From assembly GCA_016844925.1 (NCBI GenBank), contig JAERTI010000018.1:1221-65220 (forward strand): 64,000 bases of DNA, given 5' to 3'. The stretch is from Candidatus Uhrbacteria bacterium. Lineage in GTDB: Bacteria; Patescibacteriota; Patescibacteriia; UBA9934; GWF2-40-263. Below are positions 8,127 to 18,800 of the stretch, in pieces. The translations under genes were made by a program, and so were the position numbers. Position 1 is the stretch's first letter; each line of letters starts with the position of its first letter. Under the pieces are notes generated by a model, which worked only from the letters and a program-made list of their open reading frames with translations, ran no database searches and was not told the origin of the DNA.

Positions 8127-10061
8127 TCACAGCTGGCTGTTGGACGTGTATCCGTTACCAGCACTCTCAAGGCCCGTCGTCGGGTCCCAACTCACCGAGA
8201 GGAGCCACTCTTCCCAGCTCGTCCCGTTGTCCTGCAGGTCGCACAAGTCCGACCCGCCGTAGCAGAAGCTTGCCCCCTGCCACCAGTACCAGTTGCTCAT
8301 GTCGCTCTCCGGCGCTCCTCCATCGGTTCCCACACTGGAGACCAGCGTGAGGTCGACGGTGCAGTCACCGTAGAAGTCAGAGAAGTCGATCTGGTAGTAG
8401 CCGTCGGACGAGTACACCAGGTCGGAGGTGGTGAGGGCGCCGCCGAAGCATCCTCCATTTCCGTAGACGAACGCCGGCAGACCACTGAGCATCGTGGAAA
8501 TCCAGAGGTCGTCCGCCATGGCGAGCGTCTCAGGCGCGCCATCTTCATCCACGTCGAGGATGCAGACGTCGTCACCACCACAATCCGTCGCGGTCGAGAT
8601 CGCCTCTTCCTCTTCTTCCTCATCGACAGACTCGTCTTCTTCCTCTTCCGGGATAGACTCTTCCTCTTCCACCTCATCGTCATCGTCGTCATCGACGCCG
8701 CCCGTGCTCCCAGAGCCCAGGTCCATGCCGCCACCACAGGTGGTCACGGCATCCATGTCGATGCAGCCGACGTCGGCGGTGCAGCTGCCCGTGTCGTGCA
8801 GCAAGCTCACCGCGCCGTCCTCCACTTCCATCACCGTGCGAGAGGCGAACCCCATCATGAGGTACACATCCCAACTGATGATGGGCAGCGCGTCGTCGCC
8901 GTCGATGGCGTAGACGTCCGAGGTGGCGTACTCACTCACGAGCGTGCCCGAGCGGAACCCAGCGTAGCCACCCCTCTCGGGCCAGTCCATGATGTACTCG
9001 CCCAATCCCCCGCTAGTCGGAGGCGGATCGCTGACGGTGTAAGACAACCCCCAGGACTGCAGCACCGAGAACCAGGCCGTCTGACGAACCTGCTGCCGGT
9101 ACCGATCCGAGTCACTCTCGGCGCCCACGACCAGCCAGAGATCGCCCTGCTCGTCGTAGACCGCATCGATCAGCGTCTGCTCCGTGAAGGACGAGGCGTC
9201 GCCGTAGCAACCCAGCTCCTCATCGGAGATGAGGACAACCTCATCGAAGTCGTAGCCCAGCGACCAGAACACGCTTTCGTCCTGGATCCATCGCAGGTCA
9301 CCCTCGTCCAGGACGTAGGTACGCGCGTTGTTCGGCGTCTTGACGAGCGTCCCATCGGGATGCCACATCGTCACCGGCAGCGCGGACTCGTAGAAGCTCC
9401 CCTGCACAGGATCACCTTCGGACGTAAGTCCACAGATGAAGTCCGAGGAACCGATGATCTGAGGCTCGCCGTACACCGTGGCGTCGGCAGCCCAGTAGTT
9501 CACCTCGACGGACGTACCATTGGTGGCATCGAGTGCCGCATTCCCCTCGTGGAGCCCCACATGGACATGATCGCCCGAGCAGTTGCCCGTGCACCCCTCG
9601 TAGCCGATGAGCTGGCCGACCACGACTTCCTGACCGTCCTGGATGAAGATGTCGTCCAGGTGTGCCACCACCGCGTAGCGTCCGTCACCGACGTCGATGT
9701 TGACGTGGTAACCGAAGCCACTGGTCGCAGAGTTCATGTGCACATAGGCCACACCACCGATGGGTGCGTAAATCTCGTCATCGACGTTGTTGTCCGTGTC
9801 CAGGTCGATGTCGTAGCGCGTCGAGTCCGAGCTGTGCGAGTGGGAACCATCGACTCCCTGCGTGCACAGACTCTCCGTCCCCACCGGGAACGGAAGCTGA
9901 AGCACGATGCCGTCGCCGCCCTGGTCGGACGAACTGCTCGCATCCTCTGCCAAGGACGGAAACAGCTCGTGGGGCGTGCAGCCCGTCATGGAGACCATTG
10001 CCATCACACTGATGAGCAGCACGCTGAAGTTGAAGTTGCTCTCGAAACGATTGAAGGACAT
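8127..10061 (-). CDS. M23/LytM-family metallopeptidase lipoprotein; GC-rich gene
   Basis: A signal peptide with lipobox-like MTGC is present. The M23 motifs are YHVNIDVGDGRYAVVAHL and GDHVHVGLHEGN. There is a poly-D/E acidic linker. The upstream sequence GGAGGGG is a candidate RBS (spacing to the ATG 10059-10061 not verified). Composition is about 59-65% GC against about 48% in the flanks. Confidence 0.75.
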   Translation of the reverse strand: MSFNRFESNFNFSVLLISVMAMVSMTGCTPHELFPSLAEDASSSSDQGGDGIVLQLPFPVGTESLCTQGVDGSHSHSSDSTRYDIDLDTDNNVDDEIYAPIGGVAYVHMNSATSGFGYHVNIDVGDGRYAVVAHLDDIFIQDGQEVVVGQLIGYEGCTGNCSGDHVHVGLHEGNAALDATNGTSVEVNYWAADATVYGEPQIIGSSDFICGLTSEGDPVQGSFYESALPVTMWHPDGTLVKTPNNARTYVLDEGDLRWIQDESVFWSLGYDFDEVVLISDEELGCYGDASSFTEQTLIDAVYDEQGDLWLVVGAESDSDRYRQQVRQTAWFSVLQSWGLSYTVSDPPPTSGGLGEYIMDWPERGGYAGFRSGTLVSEYATSDVYAIDGDDALPIISWDVYLMMGFASRTVMEVEDGAVSLLHDTGSCTADVGCIDMDAVTTCGGGMDLGSGSTGGVDDDDDDEVEEEESIPEEEEDESVDEEEEEEAISTATDCGGDDVCILDVDEDGAPETLAMADDLWISTMLSGLPAFVYGNGGCFGGALTTSDLVYSSDGYYQIDFSDFYGDCTVDLTLVSSVGTDGGAPESDMSNWYWWQGASFCYGGSDLCDLQDNGTSWEEWLLSVSWDPTTGLESAGNGYTSNSQL

Positions 10062-10498
10062 GGCGCCCCTCCCTTTCCATGTGGTTGGACGGGTTGGGTG
10101 CCATGACGGTCAACCTTCCCGGCCGGCACACCAGGCCTGGCATGCCGCGCCGTGACCGTTGACCGGTACGGTTCGATACATGAATGCGCCCCCCACTTCA
10201 CCCTCATGTATCGGATCGTGATCGAGCAAGCCGCATCGACGAGCTATAGTGTGTGGTCGTCGAGTCTGTGCCCGACAACTTCTTTCACACTGCATCTCGT
10301 CCGAGGAAGCCTGCGTTGATCTATTTCCAGAACACCAAACATTTCCCGGAGGGTCAAACGATTTTTCGCTAAAATACGGGCTATTTTTGTAAAGGTTGAT
10401 CCGACATGACAGATAAGTGAATCAAAAACACCCTGGAATCCCAAGGCGTTTTTCTGTTCGGATTATGGCGAAAAGCTTTGTGTGGGTAACACGGCTGT

Positions 10499-11761
10499 TT
10501 ACCCGCGTTTTTCAATGCGATCTTTTCCAACGTACCCACGGAGAACTTCTGGAACAACAATGGATCCGTCGGCCTGCTGATAATTCTCCATGATGGCGAT
10601 AAGCGTGCGACCGATGGCAAAGGCCGTTCCGTTGAGTGCGTGTGCGAATACATTCCCTCCCTCGCGACGAATGCGTGTATTGAGTCGACGTGTTTGATAG
10701 TCGGTTGTATTGGAAGTAGAGCTAGTCTCTCGATACGCTCCCTGTCCTGGCATCCAGGTCTCAATGTCGTACGTGCGTGCAGAAGGACTTCCTGTATCTC
10801 CTGAAGCTAGGCGCACCACTTGGTGTGGCAAGTTCAGGCCCTGCATCATTTTTTCCTCGATGGAAAGAATCAACTCGTGCTCTTCATCAGAGTGCTCTGG
10901 GGTGGTGAATGAGAACATTTCAACCTTATCGAACTGGTGCACTCGCAAGATACCTCGCGTGTCCTTTCCATAAGAACCCGCCTCACGCCGGTAACACGGA
11001 GAGAACCCAAGGTAGCGCAATGGAAGCTTGCTCTCATCAAGAATCTGTTTCATGTGCATGGGTCCGATTGACTGCTCGGATGTTCCGATGAGCACCATGT
11101 CGTCATTCTTCAAATGATAGATCTCTTCCTCTCCCCCGCGCTCAAGGTATCCCATGGCCCCCATGGCCTGCGTGCTCACAATGTGAGGTGGAATGACGGG
11201 AACAAATCCCTCGGCCATGGCCGTCTGCATCGCGTACTGCACCAGAGCAAACTCCAGGAGCACGGCATCCCCCTTAAGGTACACAAAACGCGCACCGGAA
11301 ACCTCGGCCGCACTGGACATGTCGATGATGTCGAGTGCTTCACCCAAGTCGAGATGATCTTTTGGTTCAAAATCAAACGTGGTTGGCTCACCAAACTTCC
11401 GCAGTACCTCATTAGCAGACTCATCGGGTCCGATAGGTACATCTTCTCGCAAAAAGTTTGGATAGCGGCGCAACTCTTTTCCAAGCGCTTGCTCAACTTC
11501 AGATAGCTTGGCCTCAGCTTCCTTCACCTTTGCCTTCAGCTCCTTTCCCTCAGCAATAAGAGCTTCTCTATTGTCTCCCGCCTTAGGGATCTGTGAGGCG
11601 ATTTCATTTCCACGCGTGCGGAGCGTTTGAACTGTTTCAATAGCCTTAAGACGCTCACCATGAAGCTCTGTGGCAACGGAAATATCGATATCTTTATTCC
11701 GATTTTTGATGTTTTGTGCCACGAGCTCAGGCTCGTCAAGAATTCGCTTGATATCAATCAT
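10499..11761 (-). CDS. serS: seryl-tRNA synthetase; the ORF-track start at 11860 is probably too far upstream and the likely start is MIDIKRILDE
   Basis: Full-length class II aaRS similarity: an N-terminal coiled-coil, then the motifs GFSPCYRREAGS and RVHQFDKVEMF, and TSNTTDYQTRRLNTR. Confidence 0.9.
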   Translation of the reverse strand: MIDIKRILDEPELVAQNIKNRNKDIDISVATELHGERLKAIETVQTLRTRGNEIASQIPKAGDNREALIAEGKELKAKVKEAEAKLSEVEQALGKELRRYPNFLREDVPIGPDESANEVLRKFGEPTTFDFEPKDHLDLGEALDIIDMSSAAEVSGARFVYLKGDAVLLEFALVQYAMQTAMAEGFVPVIPPHIVSTQAMGAMGYLERGGEEEIYHLKNDDMVLIGTSEQSIGPMHMKQILDESKLPLRYLGFSPCYRREAGSYGKDTRGILRVHQFDKVEMFSFTTPEHSDEEHELILSIEEKMMQGLNLPHQVVRLASGDTGSPSARTYDIETWMPGQGAYRETSSTSNTTDYQTRRLNTRIRREGGNVFAHALNGTAFAIGRTLIAIMENYQQADGSIVVPEVLRGYVGKDRIEKRG

Positions 11762-11787
11762 ACGGCTGATAGTTTGCCTGAAACCGC

Positions 11788-11820
11788 CCAAAATGAAAAG
11801 ACGAGGTGTAAAACCTCGTC
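11788..11820 (-). terminator. intrinsic terminator after the Ser/Thr kinase gene
   Basis: Stem GACGAGGT/ACCTCGTC with loop GTAAA, followed on the minus strand by TTTTCATTTT. Confidence 0.5.
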
Positions 11821-11841
11821 GTCGTAGCGTAGGCCGTGTGC

Positions 11842-13746
11842 CTACTTGATCCCCGTACATCGCCCGAAGCGGATGTTACAGGTGATCTTCACCGGTGTGC
11901 CTTGGGCGACCGTGATGGTGCCCTCTTGGGGGGTATCTCGACCCTCCATGGTCACCAAGGCGCTGTAGACGCCCGGTGGCACATTGACCGACTGGCCGCC
12001 ACGCGTGAGCATGTACGTTCCACCCGGACCACTGAGCTTCACCGTGGCAACGGTTCCGCCCGGCAGCGTCAGTTTCACATCGACCCCAGTGGAGGCAAGC
12101 GACTCAACCACCTCGGGTTCGACTTCAGCCACCACCGGCTCCTCGACCTCACCACGAGACTCGGGAACCACTTCGGGCTCGCGAACCTCGGTTGGTGCAG
12201 GAAGCTCGAGCACTGGGTCAGGGGTGACCTCTAGGGTCGGTTCGACCTTCAACGTCACCTCGGGCGGATCGGACGTGGGCGGGACCAGCGGCTCAGTGAC
12301 CACCTCGACGATCTCCGTCGTCTCATCCGCAGGTGGCGTTTCCACCACCTCTGATGTGGACATCGTAGAGATGACCCAGAGGAACCCTCCCCCGAGCAGT
12401 GTCATGACCACGACCATCAGTGCGATCGCTCGCACGGGTCGCCGACGATCCTCACGCTCCTGCTCCTCTCGGAGCCGTCGCGCTTGCTCGGTCTCGAGCA
12501 CCCCCTCATGGAAGGTGCCCATGGGCAGGGCACCGTCGGCCCGCGTGGCATCACCCACGACCTCCGAATCCCAGGGATTCAAGGTCACACCGGCCGCCTG
12601 TTGCCTGATCGGCCCGGGAGGCAAGTGTGGCACCCCGCTGACATGCGAGGACAGACCATCCTGTGCGGAAACCGCATCGGGCATCGCGCGCGTTGGCGAC
12701 GGACCATCGTCCGGGTGCGGAGCAATGGTCATGCCACCGCGATGAGCGGCGACATCCGACGGTGACACCTCCGATCCCACCGCTACGCTGGGCAGCTCAT
12801 GAATCGACTGTGTCTCCTGAAGCTTGCGCGCAAGCAGAACCTTGGGAGCGGTTCCCAGCCCCGGCAAGTCTTCCGGGTCTTCGGGCAGAGACGCCATCTG
12901 ATGATCGAGCTCGTCGATCATCTCCTGCGCGCTCTGGTAGCGCGTGTCCGGATCCTTGGCCGTGGCCATGAGAATCACGCACTCGAGCTCGCCAGGAATC
13001 CCTTCCAGAAGGGCCTCGTCGGCCTCGCGCTGGAAGTAGAAGTCGTTGCCGCTGCGTGGGTACTCCCCTCGCAACAGGCACCAGAGCATGACCCCCACGG
13101 CGTGGATGTCCGCTCGATGATCCGCTGAGGATGCATCGATCTTCTGCTCAGGCGACATGAACGCAAGCGTTCCCATCGCCGTCCCCTCGCGCGTCAGGTG
13201 GGCCGTTCCCTCCTGCAGCTTGGCGATGCCGTAGTCGGCCACCTTGACCTGACCGCGCTTGGTGAAGAGCACGTTCTCGGGCTTGATGTCGCGGTGATAC
13301 ACCGGCGAGGAGTTCCCATCGGGATCCACGAAGGTGTGACCGAAGGCGAGCGCGCGCAGCACATCGATGGTCACGCGAGTCGCCTGGCGCGGACTGAGCG
13401 CCCCGAAGGCCTCCATGTGATCCTTGATGGTTCCGCCTGAGCAGTACTCCATCAAGATGTACGGCATGCCGTTCACCGTGTCGACGTCGTAGACGAGCAG
13501 AACGTTCGGGCTTCGCAACATCTCCATGACGCGCGCTTCCCGAATGAACCGCTCCCGCATGACCGTCGACCGCAGGTACGGACCATGCACGAGCTTCATC
13601 GCCCTGAGGGTCCGAAGCTCCTTGTGACGCACGAGCGCCACATAGCCAACTCCACCCGCCCCAAGAATCTTGACGACCTCGAAGCGCTGGAGCGGAGCGA
13701 TCATGCGCTGCAGTTCTTCTACAGCAGCCTGTTCGTCAATGTCCAT
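11842..13746 (-). CDS. Hanks-type Ser/Thr protein kinase (PknB-like) with one transmembrane helix and an extracellular PEVV/E-rich repeat domain; GC-rich
   Basis: G-loop GAGGVGYV, AMK lysine, catalytic loop HRDIKPENVLF, DYG and SPEQ motifs. A TM helix lies in VRAIALMVVVMTLLGGGFLWVI, followed by PE/VV repeats. The likely start is MDIDEQ. Confidence 0.85.
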   Translation of the reverse strand: MDIDEQAAVEELQRMIAPLQRFEVVKILGAGGVGYVALVRHKELRTLRAMKLVHGPYLRSTVMRERFIREARVMEMLRSPNVLLVYDVDTVNGMPYILMEYCSGGTIKDHMEAFGALSPRQATRVTIDVLRALAFGHTFVDPDGNSSPVYHRDIKPENVLFTKRGQVKVADYGIAKLQEGTAHLTREGTAMGTLAFMSPEQKIDASSADHRADIHAVGVMLWCLLRGEYPRSGNDFYFQREADEALLEGIPGELECVILMATAKDPDTRYQSAQEMIDELDHQMASLPEDPEDLPGLGTAPKVLLARKLQETQSIHELPSVAVGSEVSPSDVAAHRGGMTIAPHPDDGPSPTRAMPDAVSAQDGLSSHVSGVPHLPPGPIRQQAAGVTLNPWDSEVVGDATRADGALPMGTFHEGVLETEQARRLREEQEREDRRRPVRAIALMVVVMTLLGGGFLWVISTMSTSEVVETPPADETTEIVEVVTEPLVPPTSDPPEVTLKVEPTLEVTPDPVLELPAPTEVREPEVVPESRGEVEEPVVAEVEPEVVESLASTGVDVKLTLPGGTVATVKLSGPGGTYMLTRGGQSVNVPPGVYSALVTMEGRDTPQEGTITVAQGTPVKITCNIRFGRCTGIK

Positions 13747-14683
13747 GCCCGTCGTCCTCCTCTGATGGGGTGGTGAACTCGACGGTCGGCTTGCCCGTAC
13801 CGTCACGACCGAAACGCACATGCATCCCGATCCCGACACCGGCCAGGGCCAACCCTGCCGAGCCCGAGACGACAGCCGCCGTCCCGAATCCGTTGGTGTT
13901 CCGCTCGTAGCGAGCGAGATCCGCGTCCGGTGTGGACGGATCCTCGTACTGCGCCTTCTGGCTCATGGCGATGCCGTAGAAAACACCACTGGTGAGTACC
14001 GTGACTCCCGCCACGGCATACCACGGACGCGGGTCCTTCAAAACCACCGTCCGAGAGACACCCAGATCCTCAGCCGTGAGGCCATGGGGGTTCTTCTCGT
14101 CTGCGTGCCAATGCGGCAGCGCTTCACCGGGTTCGATGTAGCGCGTCTCCAGCCAGAGATCACCAGGCCCGTAGACCTGAACGATCACCGGCGTCTCACT
14201 GAACCGAGGCGCGTTGCGCACCCCCGAGACCATGACGTAGCCACCCACCGGTGGGTAGACCGGCTCGGCCTCGCCATCGGGCACATGCGCCGCCTCCTCG
14301 TACAGAGCGATGAGCGGGTGCCCAGCGTCGATGATGTCCTCGGGGAACTTGTACCCCGGGTCCAGACGGAGGCTGGCATGCAGCTCCGCGACCACGCGAG
14401 CATCGTTCCCGTTGATGAACGCCTCGAGCGCCATCAACCGATGGAAGCTCGCCGCCCCTTGGCGGGTCAGCTTCTCGCTCAGGCACGGAAGAATCTCCGT
14501 GCGCGCCAGGCTCGACTGCGTCAGCAGTGCATCGGCGTCCAGTTCCCCGAACGCCGCGACCCCGACCTCGACCGTTTCCACGAGCTGCTCGCTCGTCGTG
14601 GGCTCCTCACAGGCAGCAATGGCCGCCCGCGGAACCAGTAGGCTCAGCAGGGCAACCCCGCAGCAGATGATCAGCTTCATCAC
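13736..14683 (-). CDS. secreted or membrane-anchored hypothetical protein, co-transcribed upstream of the kinase; GC-rich
   Basis: N-terminal signal peptide MMKLIICCGVALLSLLVPRAAIAACEE. Hydrophobic segments lie near the C-terminus. It overlaps the kinase start by about 11 nt. Confidence 0.5.
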   Translation of the reverse strand: MMKLIICCGVALLSLLVPRAAIAACEEPTTSEQLVETVEVGVAAFGELDADALLTQSSLARTEILPCLSEKLTRQGAASFHRLMALEAFINGNDARVVAELHASLRLDPGYKFPEDIIDAGHPLIALYEEAAHVPDGEAEPVYPPVGGYVMVSGVRNAPRFSETPVIVQVYGPGDLWLETRYIEPGEALPHWHADEKNPHGLTAEDLGVSRTVVLKDPRPWYAVAGVTVLTSGVFYGIAMSQKAQYEDPSTPDADLARYERNTNGFGTAAVVSGSAGLALAGVGIGMHVRFGRDGTGKPTVEFTTPSEEDDGHGH

Positions 14684-14854
14684 GTCCTCGCATTCGTGGT
14701 AGGAAGGTTTTCTCGTAAAGAGCGGCGTCCGACCGGAGCCGAACGAGGCCGTTTTTTAGCACTTTGAGGCCACGAGGTCAATATAACACTCATGACCCAC
14801 AGAAATCGAAATTCTCATTTTTATCCACATTTTCACCAATCAAAAAACCATTCT

Positions 14855-14919
14855 TTTGACTAATTTTTGACACGTTTGACCATGCAGCTATTGACAAAAC
14901 GCCGAAAACTCCGTCTAAT
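14855..14919 (+). promoter_or_regulatory. four TTGAC direct repeats followed by a sigma70-like promoter (-35 TTGACA 14891-14896, 17-nt spacer, -10 TCTAAT 14914-14919) in the divergent intergenic region upstream of the lipoprotein gene
   Basis: Motifs read directly from the sequence. The region is AT-rich and sits between two GC-rich divergent transcription units. Confidence 0.35.
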
Positions 14920-15092
14920 GTCTATAGATAGCTCTTTGCAACCGGCCAAACTCATGGCCTTGGCTGCAGGCACAAGGGAGGAATTTTTTATTCCCTTGTG
15001 CCTGCGGCCGAAAGGCCAAAGCCCGCGGTGGGCTAGCAGGATCAACTTCCCGCACTCCACACACGTGGAGACGGGGCAGAAAGGAGTCAGAG

Positions 15093-15794
15093 ATGACCCG
15101 CTACCTGAGCCTGCTCGCGCTGGCCCTGCCCCTCGCCTTCGTGGCGGGGTGCGTGGACGGCACCGGCGAGAACCCCGACGACTGTGTCGACGGCGACTGC
15201 AGCGACACCAACGACTGCACCGACGGCGACTGCGTGGAGAACGGAGAGTTCCTCGCCCGCCTGCACCTGCTGGCGCCCAACGGCGACCACGCGGACTACA
15301 TGGCCGACGCCCCCGACGATCTCGTCTTCATCGGTGACTTCAAGATCGGCACCGAGACCCACGAGAACACCAGCGAGTGCTGGCACGAGGCCCACGCCCC
15401 GGAGAACGACCTCTTCGTCTCCTTCTCCGGCGACGGCTTCAGCTGCGCCCTGCAGTACGTGGACATCGTCTCGGGCGACAACGGCTACGACGTCGACGTC
15501 CTCTGGGACGGCGTCGCCCCGTGGATCGACGAAGACGGCGGCCCCACCTGCGCCCTCGACCCGGACGGTGAGTACACCGGCCACGATGTGCGAACCTCGC
15601 ACAACGATGACGGAGAGGTCGTCATCCACATCGACACGGGACAGACCGCTCCGATCGTCGGCAACGAGTTCTACTTCGAAGAGGACGGCGTCCTGCTCGA
15701 AGGCTGGGTCGCGTGGGATCTCTCGGAGATCTACTACCACGAGATCACTGCCGCCGGCAACGAGCGGGAGCAGACCATCTACCTGGAGGACTAA
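15093..15794 (+). CDS. acidic Cys/Asp-rich lipoprotein; GC-rich
   Basis: Signal peptide with lipobox LAFVAGC. RBS AGGAG lies 8 nt upstream. N-terminal DCxDGDC repeats. Confidence 0.6.
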   Translation: MTRYLSLLALALPLAFVAGCVDGTGENPDDCVDGDCSDTNDCTDGDCVENGEFLARLHLLAPNGDHADYMADAPDDLVFIGDFKIGTETHENTSECWHEAHAPENDLFVSFSGDGFSCALQYVDIVSGDNGYDVDVLWDGVAPWIDEDGGPTCALDPDGEYTGHDVRTSHNDDGEVVIHIDTGQTAPIVGNEFYFEEDGVLLEGWVAWDLSEIYYHEITAAGNEREQTIYLED

Positions 15795-15836
15795 CCCTCC
15801 TCCGCCCAGTCATAAGCTGGGCTATTTATTTTGAAT

Positions 15837-15870
15837 CAAAAAAAGGACAGGTTCACCCTGTCCTTTTTTT
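15837..15870. terminator. bidirectional intrinsic terminator shared by the plus-strand lipoprotein gene and the minus-strand giant gene
   Basis: A-run, then stem GGACAGG/CCTGTCC, then TTTTTTT. The stop codon of the giant gene lies in the T-run. Confidence 0.6.
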
Positions 15871-18800
15871 ACTCTGGAGTCACGCTAATGTATCCATCCC
15901 AGTTTATCCATGGGTTAGATAAGTTACCGTAGTCGAATTCAGCTTCACAACTTCCAGATCCACCCCCCGGACAACCGTCGATATTACACTCATCAACCTC
16001 GGTTATTCCATCACTCAATACTCCCGTGAAACATTCGGTGCCTGTATCTGTTTCCTCACTGTCACAGTACCCAGTACACCAACCCCAGTTATCCATCACG
16101 TGAATACGTGGCTGGAAGACACAAGCTTCGTTTTCAACACATGGTGAGTTTACCAGCCGACCATCATCTTCAAAGTTACAAACCCTTCCCGCTATCTGCA
16201 AGTCATTCAATCGACCCTGCGTACACACGTAGTCATGTGTGAAGGTCACATAACTTGAGGAACAAGCATCGGCACTGTTGCCAAACTCATCGTTTGCAGC
16301 CGTTCCATCCTGACACTCATCCTGATTGGAAATCGGATTGATTCCACGATAGTTCTTGTAGAAGTTATCATCAGCTGTGGAACCACTCTGTGACCCAGTA
16401 CCCCAGGCAACATCTCCCGTGATACTCGTAAAGTCATCACCCCAGTCCACCACCATACGTCGAATTGGCATGTGGTTTGTATCTGCGTACGCGTAGAAGC
16501 TCACTGGCGCACGGTAGCTGCCCTCAGCCGAGATCTCACCACCTGTAAGCTCATCAACCGTGAAGGAATCCTCAGCCCCCTCAAAACACTCTGAGCCGTT
16601 ACAGTCTCCAATAGCAGCAATATGTGGAGCCTCACCATCGGTATCATAGAGATTGTTCCAAATCCAATCTCCGTACCCCTCATCATCCAACTCATCTATG
16701 CCAAGGAGTTCCCAACTACCAAACGGCTCGTTATCAAACGCCCCATCAAGACCGCCAGTGCTTATGTCGGCAGCACCGTCGTACCCATCGTCACTGAAAA
16801 CAGCAAGCCCGTAGATTCTTCCAAAAATCTGTGACAATCGACTGATAGCATCCTCTTCATCTTCTGACTCAATAAACGAATATTCAGGGGCCTCTCCTTC
16901 TGCCAGACATGTCGCACCAGTAAGCTGACCATCCGAGGTTGCAAAGCGCACTTGGCAGTAGTTCAGCACACAATGTGCGTCTGTGTAACAAGCTCCATCG
17001 TTTATCTCATCGCCATCCGAATCACCACCACCGTCGTATTCTCCTCCATCACATGTGCTCACACAATCATTCCCTGATCCGCAATAATCATGATCACCAT
17101 TACTGTCATAATCATACAAATCGCAAGTGTTACCACTGTTAGAACCACCATCACAAACACCCTCTAAATCCTCTCCTCCGCAAGTAATTTCCCTGTCATT
17201 ATCATTATCCCAGTTACACTCACTTGGGTCTGTAGAACCGTAATCATCATTGTCATAACACAAACAATCTTCACCGTCTTTACACCAATCACTAAACACG
17301 GTCCCGCTCACCTGAATCGAAACTTCGTAGAACGCTCGGGCATGCGCACCGCTTGATGAGCTGATTGAATAGTCCGTGGGACATGAGTCACCAACATCCG
17401 CTGGCGCTGGCTCCTGCGAATAATCGTCCATCTCACACATCACAGCTTCATGTGGGAATGGATCAACGTATGCCGCCAAATTTTGATAATCATCTGCTTT
17501 TCCGAACTGTGCATACTCCGTTGTGTTGGAATAGCTGAAATCTGTACCCGTTGGTGTGATGGTGTAACGATCCGAACCCGTTGCCCAAAGCCTATCCGTA
17601 TAAGCTGCGTTATACGTCTTGAACGGCAAGAAATCATTATCTTCCAAAGTTTTCGTTGACACTTGTGCCAAGGAAGTACAAACAGCCCGAGGTCGGAAAT
17701 CAAAGACTAACTCATAATACCCTTTTTCGTTTGTCCCTCCTGTTTGATAACGCTCTTCTAACTCTGCAATATTTGCACGTGGAGAGTAAAACTCGTCTGC
17801 ATTTCCTCCATCAGCAACACTTAACACTCCACGAGTGAAACAGTCATTATAATAACTCCAAGCTGTTCCGAAGTCAGTGGAGTTCATGACATATACACGC
17901 GCGCTTGTCTCGTAGTCCGTTCCGATAGACCAATGGTCACCAACATTATTAATAGCATACGAGTAGGCCGTTTCCGCACCGCCATAGTTCAAATCGATAT
18001 CAAGCGCCACGTCCGGCGTCAGACACCTCTCATCTGTATGACCATCTGTTGTATTTGTCTTATAAGACAACTTCGGAACACAGAAGAATGGACAATCATC
18101 TTCTGCAGAAGCTGTACATCTATTGTCCCAAGACTGATCTCCACAACCTGTCATGACGCCAAAGTACCCATCAGGACACCAGGCAGCAGCGATACAGTCA
18201 TCTTCCCCACTACCCACAGACGTGTTTGAAGCCTCATCTTTAAAACTCTCAAAGTCGCTATCGTTACAGTTCAAGTCCTGAACCTCCGCACACCCAATAC
18301 CTGTCGTTCCAACGCCGTACCCCATCGCAATATCCGCGCAGTAGTACGTGTCCTGCGGTGCATACCCCGCACTCGTGTACTTCGCATACAGGTCCGTCGC
18401 ACCGGTCAACTGATCAACCGGTAGCCATGAGAGACAAGCCTGATCCTCTGTGTCGGATGATCCAAGGGTCTGAATAGAGGTATCGCGCTCAATACAATAT
18501 CCGTGCCAACCGCTCATGGTGGAGATCTGTGTTGCAAACTCGCAGGTTCCCGCCTTATCGGCCGTGCTACAGTCATCGTCGTTAATACAGGCAATGCCGC
18601 TGAAGTTACCCCCTGTACAGACTCCCAATGGCACCTCATCGTCCTCCCCTTGAGGGAAGCTACTGCCAGATGGGTGATACTGATAGGCTGCTCCGCTACC
18701 GTACTCAACCTTGTCATAGGAACACAGACAATCGGTTGGATTTCCATCGTTATCCAAGGCACAAACCGTAGCATCCTGGAATCCACTGAGGTACGTGTAT

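Noticed and set aside
8796-10106. 436-aa plus-strand ORF and several other 60-150-aa ORFs antisense to the M23 peptidase, kinase and FG-GAP genes
   Set aside because: High-GC sequence suppresses stop codons on all frames. The translations are Arg/Pro/Ala-rich nonsense and overlap well-supported genes.
7990-15870. Chimeric or mis-binned contig as the explanation for the GC mosaic
   Set aside because: It is not fully excluded. However, there are at least eight sharp transitions, each placed precisely in intergenic terminator regions with intact backbone genes (for example serS) between GC-rich blocks, and a chimera would normally give one junction. It is kept as an explicit check in the GC-mosaic finding.
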